Under the pieces are notes generated by a model. The model was not told the origin of the DNA and did no database searches. It worked only from the letters and a program-made list of their open reading frames with translations. The translations under genes were made by a program, and so were the position numbers. This document shows, in pieces, positions 36,339 to 46,435 of a stretch of DNA of 64,000 bases. Origin of the DNA: a virus (lineage: Duplodnaviria; Caudoviricetes); IMG/VR virus record IMGVR_UViG_3300031853_000002, positions 99,308 through 163,307 of that record, one strand, 5' to 3'. How positions within the stretch are numbered: the stretch's first letter is position 1; each line of letters begins with the position of its first letter.

Positions 36339-36541
36339 TTACCTTCATATATAAGAAGAGATTTATCCACACTATATATCTTTGTGCTTCCAGAAATGTT
36401 ACAGGTATCATCTATATATTCAGCTTCAGATTCATTATATTCTAATTCGCATATTTTTTGTAAAGTATTTTTATTTAAATCGTCTACTTCACAATAACTT
36501 CTTTTAATAACAGTATAAGGACGTTCAATTAATAATTTCAT
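36335..36541 (-). CDS. Hypothetical protein
   Basis: ATGA-coupled ORF. Confidence 0.6.
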   Translation of the reverse strand: MKLLIERPYTVIKRSYCEVDDLNKNTLQKICELEYNESEAEYIDDTCNISGSTKIYSVDKSLLIYEGK

Positions 36542-36873
36542 GGTTTTTTAACAATTAATTTTGGACTCCAAACTTCTCCTGGCTTACCTTTATTACAGCC
36601 AAGTCCTATCCACTTTATATCTGGGAAGAAACTAAAGAAATATATACAAGTTCCTATAGCAAAATTAGGAATTTCATAGTCATTTATATATAACATTAGA
36701 TAATCATCCCATATATAGCCCCTAATAGTATTAAGCCAATATATCTTTAAATTGGATAGAATCTCTGCAAAGTTTTTATCTTTTAAACTAGCATTATTTA
36801 CTATAGTTGCAAGACCAGACTCAGGATCTACAAACACAGGTTTTCGTTTTTGTAAAAATTCTTGTTCAGTCAT
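36538..36873 (-). CDS. Hypothetical protein
   Basis: Packed ORF, likely start MTEQ. Confidence 0.6.
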   Translation of the reverse strand: MTEQEFLQKRKPVFVDPESGLATIVNNASLKDKNFAEILSNLKIYWLNTIRGYIWDDYLMLYINDYEIPNFAIGTCIYFFSFFPDIKWIGLGCNKGKPGEVWSPKLIVKKP

Positions 36874-36991
36874 AATTACATTCGGGCTCATATGGGTCTA
36901 CTCTACAATCTCTATCTGAACAATAATGATATGGTATACCTTTATTGTCTTTTAATATTTTATAATATCCGCATCCAAAACAGTCTCTCAT
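36866..36991 (-). CDS. Small Cys-rich protein (41 aa, not in ORF track)
   Basis: MRDCFGCGYY...HYCSDRDC...EC; ATGA overlap with the upstream stop; fills the gap. Confidence 0.55.
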   Translation of the reverse strand: MRDCFGCGYYKILKDNKGIPYHYCSDRDCRVDPYEPECNYD

Positions 36992-37575
36992 AAAGGCATT
37001 TCTTTATCATCGATATAATATATTCTATCTGAACCGTCTCCATCTAGACCAAAGTTGGCTACATGTCCACCATATAACATTTGTTCTTTATTAATTCTAA
37101 TATACCCTCCACAACAATGACCACCATTAGCTAGTCCTGCTAATACTGTAAATATTTCTCTTACAGCTTCATCATTATCAGATTCAATTTCTATAGTAAT
37201 ACAAGGAGTATCTTTTCTCCAATATTTACAAGTATCTGGATAGAATTTAATAGACTTTACATTAATAAGAGGATATTCTATATAACCATCTAAATCCCAT
37301 TTAGTAAGTTTCTCAATTGGAAACATATTTAAGTCATGAGCATAACCCTTTACTTCTCCAGTGTTAAAGTCTCTATCTACAAATTCTTCCACACATTCAA
37401 ATCCTGTAACTTTCCACCTATCTTTTTCGTCTTCATAAAGGCTTTCTCTAAAGTCTAGAAATAAATTTTCTTTTGGACAGTTATTCCACGTACCTCTTTG
37501 TACGTGTAAGAGATTCATTGCCATATCAAGTGCTCCATTATCGAACACCATATTTTGTGACTTAATTTTTACCAT
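36988..37575 (-). CDS. Hypothetical protein
   Basis: Packed ORF. Confidence 0.65.
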   Translation of the reverse strand: MVKIKSQNMVFDNGALDMAMNLLHVQRGTWNNCPKENLFLDFRESLYEDEKDRWKVTGFECVEEFVDRDFNTGEVKGYAHDLNMFPIEKLTKWDLDGYIEYPLINVKSIKFYPDTCKYWRKDTPCITIEIESDNDEAVREIFTVLAGLANGGHCCGGYIRINKEQMLYGGHVANFGLDGDGSDRIYYIDDKEMPL

Positions 37576-38474
37576 TAAAATTTTCCTTCATTTGGTTGTA
37601 AACAAGTAAGACCTAGGTCTCTATACATCTTAACTACTTTAGAAGAATCATCTAAAACGAAATCTACAAAGTATTTATCCTTGATGGTTTCTTCAAATAA
37701 TTCTTTCTTAGAAGCATCTCCTCTTTTACGAGAACCTACAGGTCTAAGAACAAGAGCATCAAGATATATTCCTACATTTCCACATTGCTTGATAGTACAA
37801 GCTCTTATTTGAGGTTTATCTTCTCTTCCACTAAGTCCTATTACTAAATTACCTGTAGCTTGATAAGCCTTTACTAAAGTCACAACCGCAGGAATTGGTT
37901 CATCTTTTAATATATCGGTAGGTTCAAGTGCATCTCCATAGAAAGGACGACCACTAGTATTTAAAAATAGAGTAGCATCCATATCTACAATAATACAATG
38001 AGGAAGATTAGGATCTTGTTTCATCTCTTTTTCTTTCATTTTCTTAATACTCTCTTGTATTATGTAGTTTCTATAAGTATTCCAGGTGCGCTTGATGACA
38101 ACTTCACCAATAGGATTGGGCCTAGCTTTATCTCTTCTTATACACTCTTCTACAGGAGTATCAAATAGAATTGTTTCAAAAGTATATCCAAAATTCTTTG
38201 CCCATTCTCTATATTCTTCTATAGTTTTAGGATTAAGATTCATATTATCTATAATAATATCATAACCTTTAAAAGCTGCATTCTTTAAAAAGGCTTCTCT
38301 TATATCTTTTAACATTCCCTCCCTAGATGGTACCCAATAGGTTCCCAGCATGTTACGAAGATCATCATAATTAAGTCTTACTCTATGCTCTGGGTCTTCA
38401 GAAGCCCACTTTCTTGCGAAAGTAGACTTCCCAGAGCCCTGTATTCCTTGGCACAATATTAATTTACTCATCAT
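37575..38474 (-). CDS. Polynucleotide 5'-kinase/3'-phosphatase (T4 PseT-like)
   Basis: GIQGSGKS, DDLR, IIDNMN kinase domain; DMDATL, SGR, K, LDD HAD phosphatase domain. Confidence 0.88.
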   Translation of the reverse strand: MMSKLILCQGIQGSGKSTFARKWASEDPEHRVRLNYDDLRNMLGTYWVPSREGMLKDIREAFLKNAAFKGYDIIIDNMNLNPKTIEEYREWAKNFGYTFETILFDTPVEECIRRDKARPNPIGEVVIKRTWNTYRNYIIQESIKKMKEKEMKQDPNLPHCIIVDMDATLFLNTSGRPFYGDALEPTDILKDEPIPAVVTLVKAYQATGNLVIGLSGREDKPQIRACTIKQCGNVGIYLDALVLRPVGSRKRGDASKKELFEETIKDKYFVDFVLDDSSKVVKMYRDLGLTCLQPNEGKF

Positions 38475-38480
38475 ATGTAT

Positions 38481-38798
38481 TTAAATTACCTCTGCATATT
38501 CTATAAAATGATCCCAATTAAGACCATCTCCAAAACTTATAGAAAGTAATCCTAAATCACTAAGAACTTTATATTGATCTTCTGTTATTTCTTTAGCATT
38601 AGAAAGGGCTTCTAATAACTCTGAAGAATCGACCTCTATATATTCATTAGTTCCGAAATAAAATTCTTCATAATTCCAATTTGTTTTAGAAATTAAATCT
38701 CTTGCTCTTACTAATTCCTCTTCAGACATTACTTGATGAAAATATACATCAAATTCATCAGCATAATTTCCATTATAAGCAATTAAATAATATTTCAT
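38481..38798 (-). CDS. Hypothetical protein
   Basis: Packed ORF. Confidence 0.6.
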   Translation of the reverse strand: MKYYLIAYNGNYADEFDVYFHQVMSEEELVRARDLISKTNWNYEEFYFGTNEYIEVDSSELLEALSNAKEITEDQYKVLSDLGLLSISFGDGLNWDHFIEYAEVI

Positions 38799-39472
38799 AT
38801 ACTTATACCAGTATCAGCTTTATATTCTGCATTATTAGCAGTAATCTCAGCCTCTAGACACATATCCATAGTAGCTGCTTTAGCAAGTGCATCTCCACTA
38901 AAGGATCTATAACAAGATACAGCACTATTTATAGTATCATAACTCTTATACATTTTACCTCTTGTAGTAGCAAATTTACGTCCAATTCCTACTCTATCAG
39001 CATCCTGTGTATTGGAAATATCAGTACCTATGTAAAGGAATGTCCAATTATATTTATCCTCCTGATGTTTAATCATTTCCCTAATTTTAGATGGCTGGTA
39101 AGTGTGAGAAGAATTTTCCTCACCATCAGTCATAATAACTATAAGGTTCTTTTCTGGACGTTCATCTTCAGGCATTGCTGCAAGTCTTTCTCCTATTTCG
39201 TCAATAGCTACTCCAATACCGTCATACATAGCAGTACATCCAGAAGGATTATATCTAAGCATGTTTTCAACTTCTCTGACATCTTTCATTACAAAATCAG
39301 CTTCTTTAGGAGTTGTAGCAAATCTAAATACAGAAATTGCACAAGTTCCATTTTCATTAGCTTTTTGTTCATCTATAATTTTCTGAAATCCTCCTTTTAC
39401 ATCAGAAACTGATGTCCACATCGATGAACTCTCATCAATGATAAAACAAACATGAATAAAGTTACTTTTCAT
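38795..39472 (-). CDS. von Willebrand factor A domain protein
   Basis: MIDAS-like IIDESSSM, GCTAMYD, IMTDGEENSS, WTFLYIG. Confidence 0.85.
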   Translation of the reverse strand: MKSNFIHVCFIIDESSSMWTSVSDVKGGFQKIIDEQKANENGTCAISVFRFATTPKEADFVMKDVREVENMLRYNPSGCTAMYDGIGVAIDEIGERLAAMPEDERPEKNLIVIMTDGEENSSHTYQPSKIREMIKHQEDKYNWTFLYIGTDISNTQDADRVGIGRKFATTRGKMYKSYDTINSAVSCYRSFSGDALAKAATMDMCLEAEITANNAEYKADTGISI

Positions 39473-40043
39473 AATATAATAGTGTAAATGCATTACGTTT
39501 AATCTCACAATTTTCAAACTGGAAATCTCTGGGATCAAACCTACTTGTAATGATATGACAACCATTTACGGTTGGAATAACTGTATAGTGAGTACCACGA
39601 CGATTTTTAATATATTCAGTAATATCTCCTATTATTGGGTCATCAGGTTTGTATCCATCACAATCAATCATCCAAAGTTTGTCTCTGGAAGGAGCTCCTG
39701 CTACTACAGAATCCATAATAGCACGAGACTTAGTTGTTTGATGTTCAATACATTCTACTAGTCTCTTTATACATTCAAGTTGACATTGGAATATATCTTT
39801 TCTATTCATTTCTATATAACAACGAGCATTGATTTTACTGCAAATTTCCTTTATAAAAGGAGTGACTCTATCAAACTCTTCTAAACTAAAGACATAAAAG
39901 GTTCTAATTCTACGACAGTTATCGTGAGAACTAGCAACTTTTATTCCATCTTTATTACGTTGCATAATGGAAATATAGTAGAATTCTCCAAATTTATCGA
40001 ATTTTAATATATTTCTTATTAATTCAATGTTGTCTACCGTCAT
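39462..40043 (-). CDS. Hypothetical phage protein
   Basis: QRNKD, WMIDCD, IPTVNGCHII. Confidence 0.65.
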   Translation of the reverse strand: MTVDNIELIRNILKFDKFGEFYYISIMQRNKDGIKVASSHDNCRRIRTFYVFSLEEFDRVTPFIKEICSKINARCYIEMNRKDIFQCQLECIKRLVECIEHQTTKSRAIMDSVVAGAPSRDKLWMIDCDGYKPDDPIIGDITEYIKNRRGTHYTVIPTVNGCHIITSRFDPRDFQFENCEIKRNAFTLLYYEK

Positions 40044-40386
40044 ATACAATTTCTAGATGTGTTCCATCAGGAGCATAATCATCAAATTTATCTTCAGAGC
40101 ATTCTGACACAGATAAGTCACAGTCAAAACACCATTCTTCATATTTAGAATCTATAAAACAATCATAATCGTTTTCAAACTCTTCTTTATCTTCATCAGA
40201 CATTTCCTCCCATTCATCTTCATAATGGCCAAGATAACTATAGTCATCCCATAAGTCCTGACATTCTTGTCCAAACCAATTTTCATATAACCAATCAAGT
40301 AGAGAATCTTTATCCCCTGCATAAGCACCATAATATTGGTTCGTCCCACAAATAGGAGCACTAGTTTTTACTAACCAACTTTTCAT
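40024..40386 (-). CDS. Hypothetical acidic protein
   Basis: D/E/W-rich packed ORF. Confidence 0.6.
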   Translation of the reverse strand: MKSWLVKTSAPICGTNQYYGAYAGDKDSLLDWLYENWFGQECQDLWDDYSYLGHYEDEWEEMSDEDKEEFENDYDCFIDSKYEEWCFDCDLSVSECSEDKFDDYAPDGTHLEIVYDGRQH

Positions 40387-40574
40387 TCGTCTTCATAAAT
40401 GCTATCAATGTTTATTACAGTCGAATCTAATTCATCCCAAACAGTACAATCATCTACACTAACATTTCCGTGTTTTAATTTCTCTATTGCTTCTTCTTCT
40501 GATTCTGCTTCTACCCGTCCACTACATCTCTGTCTCACTGTAGCTTCCTCTTCCCATTCGCAATAAAATGTCAT
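40383..40574 (-). CDS. Hypothetical acidic protein
   Basis: ATGA-coupled ORF. Confidence 0.6.
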   Translation of the reverse strand: MTFYCEWEEEATVRQRCSGRVEAESEEEAIEKLKHGNVSVDDCTVWDELDSTVINIDSIYEDE

Positions 40575-41416
40575 TTCAAATACTTTTTTACTTTATCCTT
40601 TATAATATTAAGACTTTCTTCTTTTAATTGTCTTACTCTTTCACTATGAACTCCAAATCTATCAGCTATCTGCTCTAAAGTGAGGGAAGCACATCCAAAT
40701 CCAAAATACATTCTAATAATATCATGACTTCTAGGACTAAGTTCTTTAAGTATTTCTTGAAGTTCCTTTTCCTTAGATTCTTTTATTACTTCAGAATCAG
40801 TTTTTTGAATATTTTGATTTGGGATTATATCTACAAATGTTCCTTGTTCATCATCTTTTAGAGGAGAATCTACAGATACCATTTTAGAACTAGAATTAAC
40901 TATAGTAAGAATTTTAGATTCAGGAATACCTGTAAGTTCTTCTAATTCGAAAAGAGATGGTTCTCTTTCATTTTTGGACATAAATTCAGAGGTAGCTTTT
41001 CTTATTTTATTATATAAAGCTACTTGACTAAGAGGTAATCTAATAGTTCTAGATTTATCGGAAAGAGCCTGCATGATGGATTGTCTAATCCACCATACAG
41101 CATAAGAAATAAATTTCCAACCTCTATCTGGATCAAACTTATCAGCAGCCCTTATAAGTCCAGCATTACCTTCACTTATTAAGTCTTCTAAGTCAAGCCC
41201 TTGTCCTTGATATTGTTTAGCTACAGATACCACAAATCTAGTATTAGCTGCTATAAGTTTATCTCTTGCTTTCTTGTCTCCATTTCTAGCACGGGTTGCT
41301 ACTTCTTTTTCTTCCTCTGGAGACATTAATTTAATATGACTAATATCCTTAAGATAAAGATTTACTGAATCTCTATCTCTATTAGTTATACTTTGTTTTA
41401 TTGTTATGTTTTTCAA
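40571..41416 (-). CDS. Sigma-70 family RNA polymerase sigma factor (Bacteroidota RpoD-like)
   Basis: LYLKDI, NTRFVVSVAKQY, DLISEGNAGL, KFISYAVWWIRQSI, TLEQIA...ERVRQ. Confidence 0.92.
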   Translation of the reverse strand: MKNITIKQSITNRDRDSVNLYLKDISHIKLMSPEEEKEVATRARNGDKKARDKLIAANTRFVVSVAKQYQGQGLDLEDLISEGNAGLIRAADKFDPDRGWKFISYAVWWIRQSIMQALSDKSRTIRLPLSQVALYNKIRKATSEFMSKNEREPSLFELEELTGIPESKILTIVNSSSKMVSVDSPLKDDEQGTFVDIIPNQNIQKTDSEVIKESKEKELQEILKELSPRSHDIIRMYFGFGCASLTLEQIADRFGVHSERVRQLKEESLNIIKDKVKKYLK

Positions 41417-42795
41417 GATTGATCCTCAATATTAGCTTCTCCTGCAAGGGCGGCATCTTGTTCAATTCCTAAGAATTTGAAACACTTCAATTTGAAGGCT
41501 TCACTCTTCATATTTTCTATCTTAATAACAAGTCCTTCATGTGGAACTTTATTATTACACTCTGGAGAGTCTTGCTCCATATTAAATCTCTTATCATTAG
41601 CAAGAGCAGTCATAAAGTTAGTAGTCCAGTCATCATCCACTGCTATTCCTGGATAAAGACTAGTTGCATACCCATAATAATATTCAATAGCACATAATAT
41701 ATTTCTTTGTTTACACCAAGTTTGTACTTCATGTGCTGAGAACTCATGTACCTGTCCATCTACATTAGTAAGAGTGATACGATATACTAGCACTTTAAAG
41801 TTCTTGCCCTGTATATATTGTATCTGTCCATTTTCAAATACAGTTGGAGGAACACAACCATAATCATAGTTCTTTTGAATCCATCCACCATTTGGAAGAT
41901 AACCTACTATTTCATAATAAATAGTCATACCTTTAATAAGAAAAGGCTTTATATAATCATCAGCATATTTCCATACATCACATCCATAGAACCCATCTGT
42001 AACTTTATTGTTATAGAAACGATTCTTAATTACAGTTCTAGACGAATATACATAATCATATATATCAAAAGAATTTCCTGTTAACCATTTAGCTATCTTT
42101 TCTTTCCATGAAAGTTCTTTATGACAAAGAACATAAGCGCTAATTCCAGAAGTACCGTGCCACTTGCTGCTAATATGAATAATATCGTTTGGTTTAATAA
42201 CATGAGGACATTTCTTTATAAGCGTAGTATCATAATGAAATCTAAATTGCTCATCTATAATCTTATCAAGTCCTTTATGCTTTTTCTTTTCTTTAGAACT
42301 TCCTGGAGTTCCAGGAGTTCTTTGAACTTGAGCTACATATTTTCTGGAAATCCAGAAAGTTTTACCATTATGTTCAACTTCATCGAATTCTGTGTTTGGT
42401 TCAGGAGTAGTAAGTTCTACATTGACTTGATCTACTATGAAATTCTGTAAATCAATAATAGGCATTAAAAATCCCTCTGATTTAACTCCTCTAAGGTTTA
42501 TAGCCTTTACAATACCTTTATCTTCAAAGTATCCAGTTTTTTCTGGGTTAGCATTTAATACTTTATTTCTATATAAATTTAGATACTGTAATAATTGTGC
42601 ATTTATTTGAGATAATACTGGAAAATATACATATAGTCCAGGCTCACTATCTATTCCTACTGTAATAATAAATCCATCTACTACAGCACATTTAATTCTT
42701 TCTACTTTTGGATCAGGATGTTTAATAAACTCCTTTATTTCTACTATCTTACTTAGATAGTTAACATTTGCATTTTTACTTATTTGTAAGTTCAT
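41413..42795 (-). CDS. RNA ligase (Rnl2/DRB0094-like) with N-terminal OB-like domain
   Basis: LRGVKSEG, motif I SSKWHGTS, YYEIVG, HEGLVIK, FKLK. Confidence 0.8.
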   Translation of the reverse strand: MNLQISKNANVNYLSKIVEIKEFIKHPDPKVERIKCAVVDGFIITVGIDSEPGLYVYFPVLSQINAQLLQYLNLYRNKVLNANPEKTGYFEDKGIVKAINLRGVKSEGFLMPIIDLQNFIVDQVNVELTTPEPNTEFDEVEHNGKTFWISRKYVAQVQRTPGTPGSSKEKKKHKGLDKIIDEQFRFHYDTTLIKKCPHVIKPNDIIHISSKWHGTSGISAYVLCHKELSWKEKIAKWLTGNSFDIYDYVYSSRTVIKNRFYNNKVTDGFYGCDVWKYADDYIKPFLIKGMTIYYEIVGYLPNGGWIQKNYDYGCVPPTVFENGQIQYIQGKNFKVLVYRITLTNVDGQVHEFSAHEVQTWCKQRNILCAIEYYYGYATSLYPGIAVDDDWTTNFMTALANDKRFNMEQDSPECNNKVPHEGLVIKIENMKSEAFKLKCFKFLGIEQDAALAGEANIEDQS

Positions 42796-43088
42796 TTCTT
42801 AGATTCTAAGAACTCCATCATAAAGTTGGAGAAGCATTGAGCATGAGCCTCATCTGTAGTACAATCAAACATATAATCCATACAATGACCTAGTTCATGA
42901 TAAAACGTAGCTAACATTTGTTTATCTGAAATCTTTTCATTTCCAGAATATCTTGCTATTCGTATTTGTGGAGGAGTGTAACTATAATCTCCATAAACAT
43001 CATCATCTAAATGATCTTCAATAATTACTTCATAGTCCTGAGCTCCAATACGAAAAGCTTTAGGAATAAGTGCTAAATAATCAATCAT
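42792..43088 (-). CDS. Small HExxH metallopeptidase-like protein
   Basis: TFYHELGH...E. Confidence 0.6.
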   Translation of the reverse strand: MIDYLALIPKAFRIGAQDYEVIIEDHLDDDVYGDYSYTPPQIRIARYSGNEKISDKQMLATFYHELGHCMDYMFDCTTDEAHAQCFSNFMMEFLESKK

Positions 43089-45225
43089 TACATATCAGCT
43101 TTATCGCGGAAACAAATAAGAGAAGGTTGGAGCGGTACTCCAGTCTTTTCATCGTTTCCATTTGAATAATAAAAGAACTTAATCTTAGCCATTTTATATT
43201 GGTACTTAGTTTTAAAGTTTCGAACATATTCCTCTTTAATTGCTCTATCTCCCCAAGGTTTAGCTTTAAATTCTAATCCTGCGGGAGTAGTACAAGTAAA
43301 AGTCATATCTTCTGTACCTCTAAGCCCAAGTTCATAATCAATAACTATAAATTCAGCATCTTTATACTTTTTGATCTTTATCATATCATTAGTACGCCCA
43401 TTGGGCCTATAAACTTTAGAAGGATCTCGTATTACAACACCCTCCCATCCTTCTGCTACATATATATCATGTAGTATATTAATATTCTTATAGCCAGATA
43501 CTTTTTGCTGAGGAACCATCTGAAACTGAAGTTCTCCTTTCTTCCATTCTCTTTCTGGATTAAAACCAAGACCAAGTTCATATTTAATAGCTCCAAGAAT
43601 CTTAAGTCTTTCTTCAAAAGTTCTACTAGTATCTACTATATCATATATATAATATTCTAACCAATTACAATCAATAGCATTCTTTTCAAGCCTTGCTGCT
43701 CCAGAAATCTGTTGAAGACTCTTACCGTGCTTATATAATTCTCCATCTAAAACAACCTTTGGATGTCTGTTAAAGAATTTCTTTAAACTTTCGTTGTTTC
43801 TAAAATGCATACAAGCACAATCATAATCTTCTCCTCCTCGACTAGATGTATGTATATCTTCTCCATCATAGTAGAAAGAGCATCTCACCTTAATGTTAAC
43901 TCTGAAGCTCTTTATCTTCAGATTCTATAGATTCTTTATTTTCTATAGGTCGGACTATATCTTCATTTTTCATATAATTCCATATATTCTTGTAAAAAGT
44001 TTGTAATTGTTCTAAAGTAGCAGAACTTTTCATCATATTAGCTAAGTTAGAAATAATTCTAACATTTCCAGGAATATAACCTAGACTTGGATTTATTCTG
44101 TCTAATGAGGGCGTATCAATGTTTCTTCCACCTTCATTGGAAGTTTCTCCCCAGTTAAGTTTAATTTCTAATAATGGACAATATTCTACATAAGATAAGT
44201 CTTTCCAAGTAATAGTACAGGGTACATTTTTAAGTAAAGCTCTATTATGTGCTCTATGAGCTATTTCTTTAAGTCTATCTTCTATAGAGTAATTTTCTCT
44301 CTTAGCTTGATGCCAATCTGCTTTTCTTTGAACTACCTCTGGACGCATATTATACTCGTCTGAATAAGCTTTAATTTGTTCTTTATGAGTCTCTCGGTAT
44401 TTCTTTCCATGCTCAAGCTTCTTAGCATGATATTCAGGATCATTCTTAATTCTTTCATATCTAGCTTTATCATAAGCATGTTTACACTCTTTACACTGTG
44501 TAGCATATCCATCTTTCTGCCTTTTATCCTTATTAAATTCGGATAATGGTTTTTCCTGCTTACAGGTTCTACAAATTTTCGTTTCCATAATAAAATTTTT
44601 TAAATTAATACTATGAATCGAAAATAATGGAAATTCTTACACCTTCCAAATGGAATCGAAAAAAAGTTCGGTGTTCGTGGGGAAATTATATCCTAACTAA
44701 TTATTTTAGGAATCATCCCTAGTCTCTGCGCATTTATGAATATTACTATTCAATTTAGCTCAGGATTCCCATTTCAGGGTTCCCTGAATTAGCCGAATTT
44801 AAAGACGGCATGAGTCTACCGTCTATTTTTCTTGAAGCATACCAATAAGGAACTTTATTAATAGCCTTTTGAGATACTTTATCAGCTTGCTTAGCAAGCA
44901 TAGGCTTTAACACACCATGTTGATTAGTAATATCGTCTCCAACTATTTCATTAAGTTCTTCTTCAGTATATTCTTCAAGTTTTTTAGAGAGTTCTTTATA
45001 ACCTTTATCCTTGTATTCCTTAAGCTTAGACATAAATTTTAACTCTCCTTGAGCAATGTAATTACGCCCAGCTTTTCCTTCTTCTATATAGATATCAGGT
45101 TGTCTAGTATGTTTTCCTCCTAACTGATAAGTTTCTCTACATATAGTATAGGATTCTTCATCGTGTTCTTCCCACAAATCAACAACTCTTATTTTTCCTT
45201 TACTATCTCTTGTTACTAAAGTCAT
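43088..45225 (-). CDS. ATP-dependent DNA ligase; complement(join(43088..43888,44818..45225)), ~402 aa
   Basis: KPMLA; splicing gives SRKIDG|VRC (motif I); LDGELY, YDIV, EGVVIR, KIK. Confidence 0.9.
43889..44817 (-). mobile_element. Group I intron in the DNA ligase gene with HNH-like endonuclease
   Basis: P1 AGACGGT/GCCGTCT with U.G; P10 CTCAT/GTGAG. Core AATTCAGGGAA, AATCCTGAGC, GCAGAGACTA, AAGATATAGTCC. Terminal G at 43889. Confidence 0.92.
43896..44588 (-). CDS. Intron-encoded His-Me finger (HNH-like) homing endonuclease
   Basis: CRTC/CKEC, CPLL, PSLDRINPSLGYIPGNVRIISNLANMMK; homologous to 33376-34065. Confidence 0.85.
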   Translation of the reverse strand: METKICRTCKQEKPLSEFNKDKRQKDGYATQCKECKHAYDKARYERIKNDPEYHAKKLEHGKKYRETHKEQIKAYSDEYNMRPEVVQRKADWHQAKRENYSIEDRLKEIAHRAHNRALLKNVPCTITWKDLSYVEYCPLLEIKLNWGETSNEGGRNIDTPSLDRINPSLGYIPGNVRIISNLANMMKSSATLEQLQTFYKNIWNYMKNEDIVRPIENKESIESEDKELQS

Positions 45226-45716
45226 AGAGTATCATAATAATTTTCAATAACTTCAACTAAATGTACCCATCCTGGAATTTCTTTATTTATATCGTAATTA
45301 CGAATATAATAAGCATCCCATACAAGATGTTCATATTGACGATTTTCACATTCAAGCCCTTTGAGAGCTTTAGCTATATCATTTACCCAACAACCTGGAT
45401 ATTTATATTCCTTATCTACTAAGAGTACTTCAGCGTGACATTGACTCATAGCCATTAATTCCATAGCCTTTATAATATATGGGTCTGATTCTACTATAAC
45501 GTTAGCATCAATAAAATCAGAATTATCCAGTAAATCAGATATATTTTCCTTTAGATATCTATAGATATTAGCTATAATAGTATTATCATCCCAGTGATTC
45601 TTCTCAAACTTCCTTTTTAATTGCTCCAACTCGTAAGGAGCGAGTAAGTTACCTAGCTTGGTTCTCTTATTGAGAACCAAGTCTAAGTCAACATATAGAT
45701 TATTTATATCAATCAT
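45222..45716 (-). CDS. Hypothetical protein
   Basis: Packed ORF. Confidence 0.65.
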   Translation of the reverse strand: MIDINNLYVDLDLVLNKRTKLGNLLAPYELEQLKRKFEKNHWDDNTIIANIYRYLKENISDLLDNSDFIDANVIVESDPYIIKAMELMAMSQCHAEVLLVDKEYKYPGCWVNDIAKALKGLECENRQYEHLVWDAYYIRNYDINKEIPGWVHLVEVIENYYDTL

Positions 45717-46008
45717 TAAAGTAATTATTTTCCTTCATATAGTTATACAAATCTTCTGCAGTATTTAACGTAGCAATTACCTTATCATCTTCATATATTT
45801 CTTTTGTAACATCTTCAAATAACCACCAATAAATGAGATCTGAACCTGCTTCTCCTGTTATTGAATCTATCCAAGAATCTAATAGAGTATCTATTGCTAC
45901 TGTAATAGGACCCTCATTTAAATCAATTCCAAGACCCACTAGTCTGTCAGAAACATCTAAAAAATTCTGATACTCAAGTAAAGTTTCTACAAATTTTTCT
46001 TTAGACAT
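45709..46008 (-). CDS. Hypothetical protein
   Basis: Packed ORF (IYWWLFE, AEDLYNY). Confidence 0.65.
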   Translation of the reverse strand: MSKEKFVETLLEYQNFLDVSDRLVGLGIDLNEGPITVAIDTLLDSWIDSITGEAGSDLIYWWLFEDVTKEIYEDDKVIATLNTAEDLYNYMKENNYFND

Positions 46009-46435
46009 TTTTAAATAAGTTCATTTTATTAATAACAAGATTATCTGGCTTTTTTGGAGTAGGAGAAGCTGTAATAGTAACTGGAGATTTCTTATTTATT
46101 ACTTCCGCATTAAATAAGTCTTCCATATGTTCTTTAAACATAAAATCATCTTCTGAAATCCATACTATACCAAATTCATCATCACTTTTTAATGCTATGA
46201 TAATATAATCAGTATCTTCATCGTCTGATATTAACTCAACTTCTTCTTCAAAAATTCTATTTATGGCCTCTTTATATATTACAGAGGCCCTTACTTTATA
46301 CCCTATTCCAATTGCCCAAGGTTGATTCCAACTACGCACTTTAAAAGTAATCAACTTCGGAACTCCCTTCATATGATCTCTTATATATTCATATCGGGCA
46401 GTTATATATTCTTTATCACAATTTATAAAGTTCAT
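46001..46435 (-). CDS. Hypothetical protein
   Basis: Packed ORF. Confidence 0.6.
   Translation of the reverse strand: MNFINCDKEYITARYEYIRDHMKGVPKLITFKVRSWNQPWAIGIGYKVRASVIYKEAINRIFEEEVELISDDEDTDYIIIALKSDDEFGIVWISEDDFMFKEHMEDLFNAEVINKKSPVTITASPTPKKPDNLVINKMNLFKNV

Noticed and set aside
33124-45225. polA and DNA ligase as genuinely split two-subunit genes, or as intein-containing
   Set aside because: The inserts contain stops and group I RNA elements, with exact U.G and terminal-G splice sites that restore the catalytic motifs. No intein Cys...His-Asn ends were seen.
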